A stretch of 64,000 nucleotides of DNA from Paracoccaceae bacterium (GTDB lineage: Bacteria; Pseudomonadota; Alphaproteobacteria; Rhodobacterales; Rhodobacteraceae), in contig SKYA01000028.1 in assembly GCA_007128135.1 (NCBI GenBank), positions 1,136 through 65,135 of the forward strand, written 5' to 3'. A model generated the notes under the pieces. It saw nothing but the letters and a program-made list of their open reading frames with translations. It was not told the DNA's origin and searched no databases. Of this stretch, positions 49,470 through 58,824 are shown piece after piece. Each line of letters begins with the position of its first letter. Position 1 is the stretch's first letter. The position numbers and the translations under genes were made by a program.

Positions 49470-51907
49470 CAGCCATTCCCGACCGCGCGCAGGCGGTCAT
49501 CATCGGGGGCGGCGTTGCGGGCTGCTCGGTCGCCTATCATCTGTCGCTGATGGGCTGGCGCGATATCGTGCTGCTGGAGCGCAAGCGCCTGACCTCGGGC
49601 ACGACCTGGCATGCCGCCGGACTGATCGGCCAGTTGCGCGGCAATGCCAACATGACACGGCTCGCGAAATATTCGACCGATCTCTACACGCGATTGGAAG
49701 AAGAGACGGGCCTTGCCACCGGCTTTCGGCAGGTCGGCTCTATCTCGGCAGCGTTGACGCCAGAGCGGCATCACGAACTCCTGCGCGCTGCCACCACCGC
49801 GCGCGCCTTCGCTGTCGAGGTTCAGGAAGTCTCTCCCGGCGAGATCAGGGCGCTTTATCCGCATCTGAATACGGCGGATGTGGTGGGCGGCGTGCATCTG
49901 CCCGGTGACGGGCAGGCCGACCCGGCCAATATTGCGCTGGCACTGGCCAAGGGGGCGCGGATGCGCGGGGCGCGCGTGCTGGAAGGGGTCAAGGTCACGC
50001 AGGTCTCATTCAAGGACGGGCGGGTGCACGGGGTTGGATGGCAAAGCGGGCAGGAGCATGGCCAGATCGCCACGGACGTCGTGATCAACTGCGCGGGCAT
50101 GTGGGCGCGCGATCTGGCGGCAGAGGCAGGCGTCAGCCTGCCGCTTCATGCCTGCGAGCATTTCTATCTCGTCACCGAACCCATTGCCGGGCTGGGGCAT
50201 CTGCCGGTGCTGCGCGTGCCCGATGAATGCGCTTATTACAAATCCGACGCGGGCAAGATGATGCTGGGCGCGTTCGAGCCCAAGGCCAAGCCCTGGGGCA
50301 TGGCGGGAATCCGCGAGGATTTCGAGTTTGACACATTGCCCGAGGACTGGGACCATTTCATGCCCATTCTCGAGGCTGCCATGCACAGGATGCCGTTGTT
50401 GCAAAGCGCCGGGATTCACACTTTCTTCAACGGCCCCGAAAGCTTCACCCCCGACAACCGTTATTATCTGGGCGAGGCGCCGGAACCGGGCGGTTACTGG
50501 GTCGTGGCAGGGTTCAACTCGGTGGGCATCCAGTCGGCGGGTGGCGCGGGCATGGCGGTCGCGCACTGGATCACGCAGGGCGAGGCGCCCTTCGACCTCA
50601 ATGATGTGGATATACGCCGCGCCCAGCCCTTTCAGCGCAACCGTCGCTACCTGGCCGAGCGGGTCAGCGAGACGCTGGGACTGCTCTATGCCGATCACTT
50701 CCCCTACCGGCAGATGGAAACCGCGCGCGGCATCCGCCGCTCGCCGTTGCATGCGCATCTGCGCTCACGCGGTGCTGTCTTTGGCGAGGTGGCCGGATGG
50801 GAGCGCGCCAACTGGTTCGCGCAGGACGGGCAGGAGTCGCGCTATGCCTACTCGTGGTTCCGGCAGAACTGGTTTGACAGCCATCGCCGCGAGCATCTGG
50901 CCGTGCGAGAGGATGTGGGCCTGTTCGACATGTCTTCCTTCGGCAAGATCCGAATCGAGGGGAGAGATGCGGCCTCCTTTCTGCAACGCCTCTGCGCCAA
51001 TCAGGTGGATGTGCCGCCGGGGCGCATCGTCTATACGCAGATGCTCAACCCGCGCGGCGGCATCGAGGCGGATGTGACCGTCACCCGTTTGTCCGAAACA
51101 GCCTTTCTGATGGTGACGGCGGTGGCCAATCTGCAGCGCGATCTGGCCTGGATGCGCCGCCATCTCGCTGCGGATGAGTTCGTCACCATCACGGACACGA
51201 GCGCCGCCGAGGCGGTGCTGTGCCTGATGGGACCGCGTGCGCGCGAGGTGCTGGCGCGGATCACGCCTGCGCGGCTCGACAACGATGCCTTCCCGTTTGG
51301 CACCGCGCAGGAGATAGAGCTTGGCATGAGTCTTGGGCGCGCGCATCGCATCACCTATGTCGGCGAACTGGGCTGGGAGTTGTATGTCCCCACCGATCAG
51401 GCCGCGCATGTGTTCGAGGCACTGCTCGAGGCCACGCCGGAACTGGCACTGTGTGGCCTGCACGCGCTCGATTCCTGCCGGATCGAGAAAGGCTTTCGTC
51501 ATTTCGGCCATGATATTACTGATGAGGATCATGTTCTCGAGGCGGGCCTCGGTTTTGCGGTCAAGCCGGACAAGGGCGCGTTCATAGGGCGTGAGGCCGT
51601 GCTGCACAAGCGCGAGGCCGGACTGGAGCGAAGACTTGTGCAGTTCCGGTTGCGCGACCCCGAGCCGCTGCTGTTTCATAACGAGGCTATCTGCCGTGAC
51701 GGGCAGATCGTCGGAACCATTACCAGCGGAAATTACGGGCATCATCTGGGGGGCGCGGTCGGGCTTGGATATGTGCCCTGCAAGGGCGAGAGCGCGGAGG
51801 CCTTGCTGGCGTCGCATTACGCGATCGAGATCGCCGGCAAGCGCCATGAGGCCGAGGCAAGCCTTGCGCCGCTCCATGACCCGAAGGCCGAACGTGTGAA
51901 GCGCTAG
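49466..51907 (+). CDS. DMGDH/sarcosine-dehydrogenase-like FAD oxidoreductase with GcvT domain (paralog 3)
   Basis: AVIIGGGVAGCSVAYHLS, TTWHAAG and YVGELGWELY. ATGA overlap with the preceding paralog. The 867-aa ORF is an upstream extension. Confidence 0.85.
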   Translation: MTAIPDRAQAVIIGGGVAGCSVAYHLSLMGWRDIVLLERKRLTSGTTWHAAGLIGQLRGNANMTRLAKYSTDLYTRLEEETGLATGFRQVGSISAALTPERHHELLRAATTARAFAVEVQEVSPGEIRALYPHLNTADVVGGVHLPGDGQADPANIALALAKGARMRGARVLEGVKVTQVSFKDGRVHGVGWQSGQEHGQIATDVVINCAGMWARDLAAEAGVSLPLHACEHFYLVTEPIAGLGHLPVLRVPDECAYYKSDAGKMMLGAFEPKAKPWGMAGIREDFEFDTLPEDWDHFMPILEAAMHRMPLLQSAGIHTFFNGPESFTPDNRYYLGEAPEPGGYWVVAGFNSVGIQSAGGAGMAVAHWITQGEAPFDLNDVDIRRAQPFQRNRRYLAERVSETLGLLYADHFPYRQMETARGIRRSPLHAHLRSRGAVFGEVAGWERANWFAQDGQESRYAYSWFRQNWFDSHRREHLAVREDVGLFDMSSFGKIRIEGRDAASFLQRLCANQVDVPPGRIVYTQMLNPRGGIEADVTVTRLSETAFLMVTAVANLQRDLAWMRRHLAADEFVTITDTSAAEAVLCLMGPRAREVLARITPARLDNDAFPFGTAQEIELGMSLGRAHRITYVGELGWELYVPTDQAAHVFEALLEATPELALCGLHALDSCRIEKGFRHFGHDITDEDHVLEAGLGFAVKPDKGAFIGREAVLHKREAGLERRLVQFRLRDPEPLLFHNEAICRDGQIVGTITSGNYGHHLGGAVGLGYVPCKGESAEALLASHYAIEIAGKRHEAEASLAPLHDPKAERVKR

Positions 51908-51914
51908 CCAGACA

Positions 51915-53498
51915 TTGACACCCGAACAGAAGGGGCACCCCATGAGCCAGATCGTTTCAGAACCCGCCCCTGCGCGCAACAAGGCGCGACGGGGGCGCGC
52001 AAGCCGCATGGCCGAACGCGCCGCCCCCCTGGCCGAGGCCTTGCGGCCGGTGCGTGCAGGACTGCCGGGGGGGCAATACCGCCCGCTGAGCGATGCGGGC
52101 GTGCAGCAGATCCATGCGGCTGCGCTGGATGCGCTGGAAGAGATCGGGCTCGCACAGGCTCCTGCCTCGGGCGTCGATATCCTGACCGGCGCGGGCGCGA
52201 TGCAGGGCGCGGATGGGCGTATCCGCTTTCCGCGCGCGCTGGTCGAGGACATGCTGGCTGTCGCCGCGCGCGACATCACCCTTTACGCCCGCGACCCGTC
52301 CCATGACCTGCACCTGTCCGGCAGCAAGGTGCATTTCGGCACCGCAGGCGCAGCGGTGCATGTGGTCGATCCGGTCACGGGCGATTATCGCGACTCGACC
52401 GCGCAGGATCTCTATGATGCCGCACGGATCACGCAAGGGCTCGAAAATGTGCATTTCTTTCAGCGCACCATGGTCTGTCGTGATGTTCCCGACAATTTCG
52501 ACATGGATATCAATACACTCTATGCCTGCCTCTCTGGCACACGCAAGCATGTCGGAACCTCGTTTTCCGACCCCGCCCATGTGGCGGGTTGTTTCGATCT
52601 GCTTCACATGGTGGCAGGGTCGGAACACGTCTGGCGCAACCGTCCCTTCGTCAGCAACTCCAACTGCTTCGTCGTCCCGCCGATGAAATTTGCCGAGGAA
52701 AGCTGCATGGTCATGGAGGATTGCGTGCGCCGGGGCATGCCGGTGCTCCTGCTGTCGGCCGGGCAGGCCGGGGCCACGGCACCCGCGCCGATTGCGCTCG
52801 CCATCGTGCAGGCAGTGGCGGAATGCCTTGCGGGGGTGGTCTATGTCAACGCCATCACGCCGGGGCATCCCGCGATCTTCGGAACCTGGCCTTTCGTATC
52901 TGACCTGCGAACCGGCGCCATGTCGGGCGGCAGTGCAGAGCAAGCCCTCCTGACCGCAGGCTGCGCGCAGATGCACCGTTTCTACAACCTGCCGGGCGGG
53001 GCTGCGGCGGGTATCTCCGACAGCAAGCTGCCTGACATGCAGGCGGGATGGGAACAGGCCATCACCAACACGCTGGCAGGGCTCTCGGGGCTGAACATGG
53101 TCTATGAATCGGTGGGGATGCATGCCTCGCTTCTGGGCTTCTGTCTGGAGAGCCTTGTCATGGGGGATGACATCCTCGGTCAGGTGCTGCGCTGTGTGCG
53201 CGGCATCGATGTGACACCGGACTCGACGTCGCTGGATGTGATGCGCGAGGTCTGCCTGGGCGGTCCGGGGCATTATCTGGGGTCGGACCAGACCTTGCGG
53301 CTGATGCAGACCGAATATGTCTATCCCAGTGTCGGCAACCGGATGAGTCCCAAGGAATGGGTAGAGGCAGGCTCGCCGCGGCTGCTGGACCGCGCCATTG
53401 CGCGCAAGAACGCGCTTCTGGCGACTATGGGCAGCACCATCGACCCCGACATCGACGCCGCCATCCGCGCGCGGTTCAATATCTGTTTTCGCAACTGA
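51915..53498 (+). CDS. MttB-superfamily (trimethylamine methyltransferase-like) protein, non-pyrrolysine type
   Basis: ~520-aa uninterrupted ORF with no internal TAG. Overall resemblance to MttB/MtgB-type TIM-barrel methyltransferases (LSD..V..IH.AAL..LE..G, long C-terminal barrel). The start may be ATG 51942. Confidence 0.8.
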   Translation: MTPEQKGHPMSQIVSEPAPARNKARRGRASRMAERAAPLAEALRPVRAGLPGGQYRPLSDAGVQQIHAAALDALEEIGLAQAPASGVDILTGAGAMQGADGRIRFPRALVEDMLAVAARDITLYARDPSHDLHLSGSKVHFGTAGAAVHVVDPVTGDYRDSTAQDLYDAARITQGLENVHFFQRTMVCRDVPDNFDMDINTLYACLSGTRKHVGTSFSDPAHVAGCFDLLHMVAGSEHVWRNRPFVSNSNCFVVPPMKFAEESCMVMEDCVRRGMPVLLLSAGQAGATAPAPIALAIVQAVAECLAGVVYVNAITPGHPAIFGTWPFVSDLRTGAMSGGSAEQALLTAGCAQMHRFYNLPGGAAAGISDSKLPDMQAGWEQAITNTLAGLSGLNMVYESVGMHASLLGFCLESLVMGDDILGQVLRCVRGIDVTPDSTSLDVMREVCLGGPGHYLGSDQTLRLMQTEYVYPSVGNRMSPKEWVEAGSPRLLDRAIARKNALLATMGSTIDPDIDAAIRARFNICFRN

Positions 53499-53507
53499 GG
53501 GGCTGGC

Positions 53508-54947
53508 ATGATTTCCGACAATCTGGGGCAATTTCTGATCGGCGGGGCGTGGGTGACGCCTGACCCGGCGGCCCGGCGCTTCGGCGTGGAGAACCCTGCA
53601 ACCGAGTCCATCATGGCCAAGATCCCCCTTGGCACCGAAGCCGATGCCGCGCGTGCGATTGCAGCGGCGCGCGATACTTTCGAGGAATGGACGGGCACGC
53701 CTGTCAGCGACCGGCTGGACCTGCTGGCCCGGGTGCTGACGCTTTACCGCGCGCGTCGAGCAGAACTGGCTGATGCAATGCGGCTGGAGATGGGTGCGCC
53801 TTCCGCATGGGCGCTCGAGGCGCAGGCATGGGCGGGCGAGGTGCATCTGGAGGCGACGCTGGAGGCGGGCAAACGCTTTCACTGGGAAGAACAGCGCGGC
53901 ACGACCCGACTGATCCGCGAGGGGATCGGGGTCTGCGGACTGATTACGCCCTGGAACTGGCCATTGAACCAGATCGTCTGCAAGGTCGCTCCGGCGCTGG
54001 TCGCGGGCTGCACGATGGTGCTCAAGCCGTCGGAGCTTGCACCCCTGTCGGCAGTGCTCTTCGCCGAAATCCTGCAGGAGGCAGGCTGCCCGCCGGGTGT
54101 GTTCAATCTCGTGCAGGGCACCGGACCGGAGGTCGGGCAGGTGCTGGCGTCGCACCCGGAGGTGGACATGGTCAGCTTCACAGGCTCGACCCGCGCAGGA
54201 GTGTCGGTGGCACAGGCCGCCGCGCCCACTGTCAAGCGGGTCGCACAGGAACTCGGTGGGAAATCCCCGAATATCCTGCTTCCGGAGTGTGACTTCCCGG
54301 CAGCCGTGGCGGCAGGGGTAACGGCCTGCATGGACAATGCAGGCCAGTCCTGCGACGCGCCGACGCGCATGTTCGTGCCCGCCGCGCGCATGGCCGAGGC
54401 GATGGAAATTGCGCGCGACACTGCCAGCGCGATACGCCCGGGCGACCCGGTTGACCCGAAGACGACCATGGGGCCGCTGATCAGCCGCGCGCAGTGGGAC
54501 AAGGTGCAGGGGATGATCGCGCAGGGCATGGCCGAGGGCGCCGAACTTGTCTGCGGCGGTCCGGGGCGGCCAGAAGGGCTGAATCGGGGCCACTTCGCGC
54601 GACCGACCGTGTTTGGACATGTCACCCCGCAGATGACCATCGCGCGCGAGGAGATTTTCGGCCCGGTCCTGTCGATCCTTGCTTATGACACTGTCGATGC
54701 GGCGGTCGCGATGGCCAATGACACGGTTTACGGTCTAGCCGCCTATGTGCAGGGCCCCGAGGCACAGGCGCGCTTGGTCGCAAGACGGCTGCGGGCGGGG
54801 CAGGTCCAGATCAATGGTCCGGATTGGAACGTGCACGCGCCTTTCGGGGGCTACAGGCAATCGGGCAACGGGCGCGAATATGCCGACTGGGGCATCCATG
54901 ATTTCTGCGAGGTCAAGGCACTTGTGGGATATGGGGCAGAACAATGA
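53508..54947 (+). CDS. NAD(P)-dependent aldehyde dehydrogenase
   Basis: ELGGKSP motif, catalytic Cys context NAGQSCDAPTR, EEIFGPV, ~479 aa. Confidence 0.9.
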   Translation: MISDNLGQFLIGGAWVTPDPAARRFGVENPATESIMAKIPLGTEADAARAIAAARDTFEEWTGTPVSDRLDLLARVLTLYRARRAELADAMRLEMGAPSAWALEAQAWAGEVHLEATLEAGKRFHWEEQRGTTRLIREGIGVCGLITPWNWPLNQIVCKVAPALVAGCTMVLKPSELAPLSAVLFAEILQEAGCPPGVFNLVQGTGPEVGQVLASHPEVDMVSFTGSTRAGVSVAQAAAPTVKRVAQELGGKSPNILLPECDFPAAVAAGVTACMDNAGQSCDAPTRMFVPAARMAEAMEIARDTASAIRPGDPVDPKTTMGPLISRAQWDKVQGMIAQGMAEGAELVCGGPGRPEGLNRGHFARPTVFGHVTPQMTIAREEIFGPVLSILAYDTVDAAVAMANDTVYGLAAYVQGPEAQARLVARRLRAGQVQINGPDWNVHAPFGGYRQSGNGREYADWGIHDFCEVKALVGYGAEQ

Positions 54948-55849
54948 GCACGCATTACGGCTATATCGGGCTGGGCAATCTGGGCGGTCATGTTGCCGCG
55001 TCGCTGCTCAGGGCCGGGTTTCGCGTCACTGTCCACGATCTGAACGCCGCCCTTGCGGCGCGGCTTCTTGAGCAAGGCGCTACATGGGCTGACAGTCCCG
55101 AGGCGCTTGCAGCCAGTGTCGACCATGTCATGACCTGCCTGCCGTCGCCTGCCGTCAGCCGGGCGGTTCTCGAACGCATCCTGCCCCATATGCGCCCGCA
55201 GGCCTGCTGGATAGAGAATTCCACTCTGGGGCGCGATGATATCCTTGCGCTTGCCGAGCTTGCCGCACGCCACCAGGTAGCGACACTGGAGGCCCCTGTC
55301 ACAGGCGGCGTCCATCTGGCGAAGCGCGGCGAGATCACCGTTCTGGCCGGGGGCGCGCAGGAGCTCTATGCGGCGCATCTGCCCGCGCTGCAGGCCATCG
55401 GCAACCGGCAATTCCACATGGGCCCGCTGGGCTCGGCCGCGATCATCAAGGTGATCACCAACATGTTGGCCTTCATCCATCTGAAAGCCTGCTCCGAGGC
55501 GTTGATGCTGGCAAGGCGCGGCGGGCTCGATCTTGCGCAGGCATGGCACGCAATCGCGGCGTCGTCCGGCACTTCGTTCGTGCATGAGACCGAAGGCGCG
55601 CTGATTCTGAACGGCAGCTATGACATCGCCTTTTCCATCGACCTGGCGTTGAAGGATCTGGGCTTTGCACTCGCTTTCGGACGTGAATTCGAGGTGCCTC
55701 TGGAGCTTGCCTCGGCGACCGAGCAGACCTATGTTGCTGCACGAGCCGCCTATGGCGGAAAGGCGCAATCGCCGATGATCGCAAAGCTGCTCGAGGACCT
55801 TCTCGGAACCGATCTGCGCGCAGAAGGTTTTCCTGAAAAGCTCGAATAG
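54944..55849 (+). CDS. Beta-hydroxyacid dehydrogenase family oxidoreductase (3-hydroxyisobutyrate / tartronate semialdehyde reductase-like)
   Basis: GYIGLGNLGGHVAASLLRAGF Rossmann motif and 6PGDH_NADP-binding-like layout. ATGA overlap with the ALDH gene. Confidence 0.85.
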   Translation: MSTHYGYIGLGNLGGHVAASLLRAGFRVTVHDLNAALAARLLEQGATWADSPEALAASVDHVMTCLPSPAVSRAVLERILPHMRPQACWIENSTLGRDDILALAELAARHQVATLEAPVTGGVHLAKRGEITVLAGGAQELYAAHLPALQAIGNRQFHMGPLGSAAIIKVITNMLAFIHLKACSEALMLARRGGLDLAQAWHAIAASSGTSFVHETEGALILNGSYDIAFSIDLALKDLGFALAFGREFEVPLELASATEQTYVAARAAYGGKAQSPMIAKLLEDLLGTDLRAEGFPEKLE

Positions 55850-55985
55850 GCGCTGCGCGCGGGCAGGAATCCCGGCTTTGTCAAGCCATGGTGCCAGCGG
55901 TGGCCCTATGCTTGCGAAACGGTACGCAGGGAATGATGTCTGACCGTTCAGGGCTGCGAGTGCCTGTCGGGGAAGCGGAACAGTC

Positions 55986-57197
55986 GTGAGCCACGAGGCA
56001 GACAGCAAGACGGCATATCCGGGCAGCGCGGGTGAGGTTTTCAGGGCCTTCCTGAAACTGGGCCTGACCAGTTTTGGCGGACCGATCGCGCATCTGGGCT
56101 ATTTCCGGGACGAGTTGGTGATAAGGCGCAAATGGCTGGATGACCGGGCCTATGCCGATCTGGTTGCCCTTTGCCAGTTTCTGCCGGGGCCTGCCTCGTC
56201 TCAGGTCGGCTTTGCGTTGGGCATGGCGCGCGCGGGCTGGCCGGGCGCGCTGGCGGCCTTTATGGCGTTCACTCTGCCGTCAGCGCTGATCCTGCTGGTC
56301 TTTGCGATGACTGCGGCCAGCATCACGGGGCCGGTGGGGACAGGCGCCATGAACGGGCTGAAGATCGTCGCCGTTGCCATTATTGCCCAGGCAGTCTGGG
56401 GAATGACGAAGTCACTCTGCCCCGACAGGGAACGCGGCGCCATCGCTGTGGCCGCTGTGGTCGTACTGGCTTTCGTACCCGGGGTGTCTGGCATGATCGG
56501 CGCGATTGTACTCGGGGCGGCATCAGGTCTGATGCTGGGGCGTGGAACCGGCATACCGGTTGGAGGCCATGTCGCCCTTCCAGTGACGCGCCGGGGTGCG
56601 CTCGGCGCGCTGGTCTCCTTTTTCGCGCTGCTGGTGCTGTTGCCGCTGCTGTCGGGGCAGGCGCAGGCATTCGCCGTCATCGACAGTTTCTACCGGGCGG
56701 GCGCGCTGGTATTCGGTGGCGGGCACGTGGTGCTGCCGCTGTTGCAGGCCGAGACCGTGGCAACAGGCTGGGTGGGTAGGGACGAGTTTCTAGCGGGTTA
56801 CGGAGCGGCGCAGGCGGTGCCGGGGCCGCTTTTCACCTTTGCCGCCTATCTGGGGGCCGTGCTGGGACCAGAGCCGAACGGACTCGTCGGCGCGACCCTG
56901 GCGCTGTTGGCCGTTTTCCTGCCAGGGTTCTTGCTGTTGGTTGGTGTGCTGCCTTTCTGGGATAGCTTTCGGAGAGCGCCGCGCGCGCAGTCGCTGATGC
57001 AGGGGGCGAATGCGGCGGTCGTCGGGATACTGGGTGCAGCCCTCTATTCCCCGATCTTTACTGGCGCGATCAGTGACATCCGCGATTTCGCTCTGGCGCT
57101 TGCATGTTTCGTGCTTCTGATGGCGTGGAAGGCACCGCCCTGGATCGTGGTGATCGTGGCGGCTCTGGGTGGTGTCGCGCTGGCACTGTCGGGCTGA
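55986..57197 (+). CDS. chrA: Chromate ion transporter (CHR family)
   Basis: FLKLGLTSFGGPIAHLGYFRDELV and the duplicated second half (ALVFGGGHVVLPLL), typical of long-chain ChrA. GTG start. Confidence 0.85.
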   Translation: MSHEADSKTAYPGSAGEVFRAFLKLGLTSFGGPIAHLGYFRDELVIRRKWLDDRAYADLVALCQFLPGPASSQVGFALGMARAGWPGALAAFMAFTLPSALILLVFAMTAASITGPVGTGAMNGLKIVAVAIIAQAVWGMTKSLCPDRERGAIAVAAVVVLAFVPGVSGMIGAIVLGAASGLMLGRGTGIPVGGHVALPVTRRGALGALVSFFALLVLLPLLSGQAQAFAVIDSFYRAGALVFGGGHVVLPLLQAETVATGWVGRDEFLAGYGAAQAVPGPLFTFAAYLGAVLGPEPNGLVGATLALLAVFLPGFLLLVGVLPFWDSFRRAPRAQSLMQGANAAVVGILGAALYSPIFTGAISDIRDFALALACFVLLMAWKAPPWIVVIVAALGGVALALSG

Positions 57198-57237
57198 GGC
57201 CGACGCCGTTGCGGCCTGCCCTCGCCATCACGAAACC

Positions 57238-58206
57238 CTAATTGCCCAGCATCCATTCGCCGCCTGGAAAGAGGGCGTGAAAAGCGAAGGCAAACGGAAT
57301 GTCATGGGGCAGATCGCGCCCGTGTTCATCCCGCACGCGCACCGTGCCCACATCGCGCCCCTGGGCGATGTCGCGGCTGTCCAGGGCCGAGGCCTGGCCT
57401 GGGGTCCAGCTGAGCACTACGCCTGACTCGCGTATCTCGCCTTCCTGGCGCAGCCGCTCAAAGGTCCAGGCGCGGTTGTCCACCCGCACGACGCGGGCCA
57501 GCGGCGAGATGCCGTGGGGCGGGTCTTCGCCCTGATAGAGAAAGGGCCGGACTGCACTGTCATAGCCTACATAAGGGTTCGAGCCGTAGCTGCGCCGCCA
57601 TTCGGGCTCGTCCATCACCAACCCTTCCGGGTTGCGTCCTGCAAACTCGGCCCAGCTTTCCATCCAGCCGGGCAACATGGTCAGTAGCTGGCCGGTGTGC
57701 TGCCCGACGATCCCCTCGCCTGTGGCCTGCTGCCACCAGCTTTCCGTCTCGCGGTCATACATGACCATGTCGGAATGGCGCAGCTTGCCCGAAACGCCGA
57801 AGGTATGGCGCACATCGTCAATGCGTGCGTCAAAGATCATGGCCGAGTTGCAGAGTGGGCAGAAGGTCACGGCGATCGGCTTGCCGCCCACCACGTCATT
57901 GACGATTTCATGCCACATCAGATAGCGGATCGGATAGGCGCGTGCGGCTTCGCCCTGCGGCTCGTAGGTCATCACCGGCTCGCGGTCATGGATGCGGGCT
58001 TCGTCGGAGACGGGGATGAAGGCAGGCTCCCAGATTGCCGGGATGCCATCGCGCGGTGGGCCGCCCGAGATGATTTCGGCCAGATCGACACTCCTTGTAT
58101 CGAAATCGGCCTTGGGGAATTCGGCCCGCCACTGGGCCGGTATGTCGGCCATGACCGGCACGGCGACCAGAATCGAGGTCAGGATCAGGGCGGCAGGGCG
58201 GATCAT
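57238..58206 (-). CDS. DUF3179 domain-containing exported protein
   Basis: Signal peptide, then PRDGIPAI, AYPIRYLMWHEIVND, VTFCPLCNS and GKLRHSDMVMYDRETESWWQQ, typical of DUF3179. Last gene of the sigF operon (12-nt gap). Confidence 0.8.
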   Translation of the reverse strand: MIRPAALILTSILVAVPVMADIPAQWRAEFPKADFDTRSVDLAEIISGGPPRDGIPAIWEPAFIPVSDEARIHDREPVMTYEPQGEAARAYPIRYLMWHEIVNDVVGGKPIAVTFCPLCNSAMIFDARIDDVRHTFGVSGKLRHSDMVMYDRETESWWQQATGEGIVGQHTGQLLTMLPGWMESWAEFAGRNPEGLVMDEPEWRRSYGSNPYVGYDSAVRPFLYQGEDPPHGISPLARVVRVDNRAWTFERLRQEGEIRESGVVLSWTPGQASALDSRDIAQGRDVGTVRVRDEHGRDLPHDIPFAFAFHALFPGGEWMLGN

Positions 58207-58218
58207 GGTGTCTCCTTT

Positions 58219-58824
58219 TCAGTCGATCTGCAATTCGCTGGCGAAAGTTCCTCGTGCCGTCCTGCAATCCTTTGGGTCGGCAGGCTGCATGACCGAGGCG
58301 CGCCGACACAGGCGAACCTGAAACGATCCTTCGATCTGGGGTTGCGGACCCGAAAGGTCCAGCAGGGTGAAGGCAAAGGCGTCCGACCCCGGCAGGTCGG
58401 GGGTTTCCCAGTAGTCAACGAACCCGTCGGGCCTGTAGGTTACGCGGGCATCAAGGGGCTGCACGCCGGGCCTGGCATCAGGGGGCAGGGCGAGGTTTAC
58501 GACCAGCCGGGCGGTTCCGGCCGCGCCCTCCAGGCTGATTGCGTCGAGCGTCGCAAAGCGTGTCATTCCGGCGCGTTCAGGTACAGGCTGGAACTGCTCT
58601 GGCGCGTCGGCGAGGTCGAAAAGCATGAACGGAGCGTTCTCGACAGATGCGGTCGCCGCACCCATCTGCAGAAACAGGGCGACTGACAGGAGAAGAACCG
58701 CGCAACGGTGCCTCGATCCCGGGCTGGAGCGGCCGGGGCGCGACAGTACCGCGTGTCGTCGCGCGAGGCTGTGGGCGAATGAGTCATCCTCGCCAGCGCG
58801 GACAGGTCCATGTTCACTCACCAT
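58219..58824 (-). CDS. Hypothetical membrane-anchored periplasmic protein (sigF operon gene 3)
   Basis: ATG at 58824 overlaps the nrsF stop (ATGGTGA). A hydrophobic segment CAVLLLSVALFLQMGAATA is followed by a ~145-aa domain with two Cys. The start codon choice is uncertain. Confidence 0.5.
   Translation of the reverse strand: MVSEHGPVRAGEDDSFAHSLARRHAVLSRPGRSSPGSRHRCAVLLLSVALFLQMGAATASVENAPFMLFDLADAPEQFQPVPERAGMTRFATLDAISLEGAAGTARLVVNLALPPDARPGVQPLDARVTYRPDGFVDYWETPDLPGSDAFAFTLLDLSGPQPQIEGSFQVRLCRRASVMQPADPKDCRTARGTFASELQID

Noticed and set aside
51957-54620. 887-aa ORF on the minus strand spanning the MttB-like and ALDH genes
   Set aside because: It lies antisense to two well-supported plus-strand genes. 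The translation is Arg/Ala/Gly/Pro/His-rich low-complexity sequence typical of shadow frames in high-GC DNA, with no recognisable domain.
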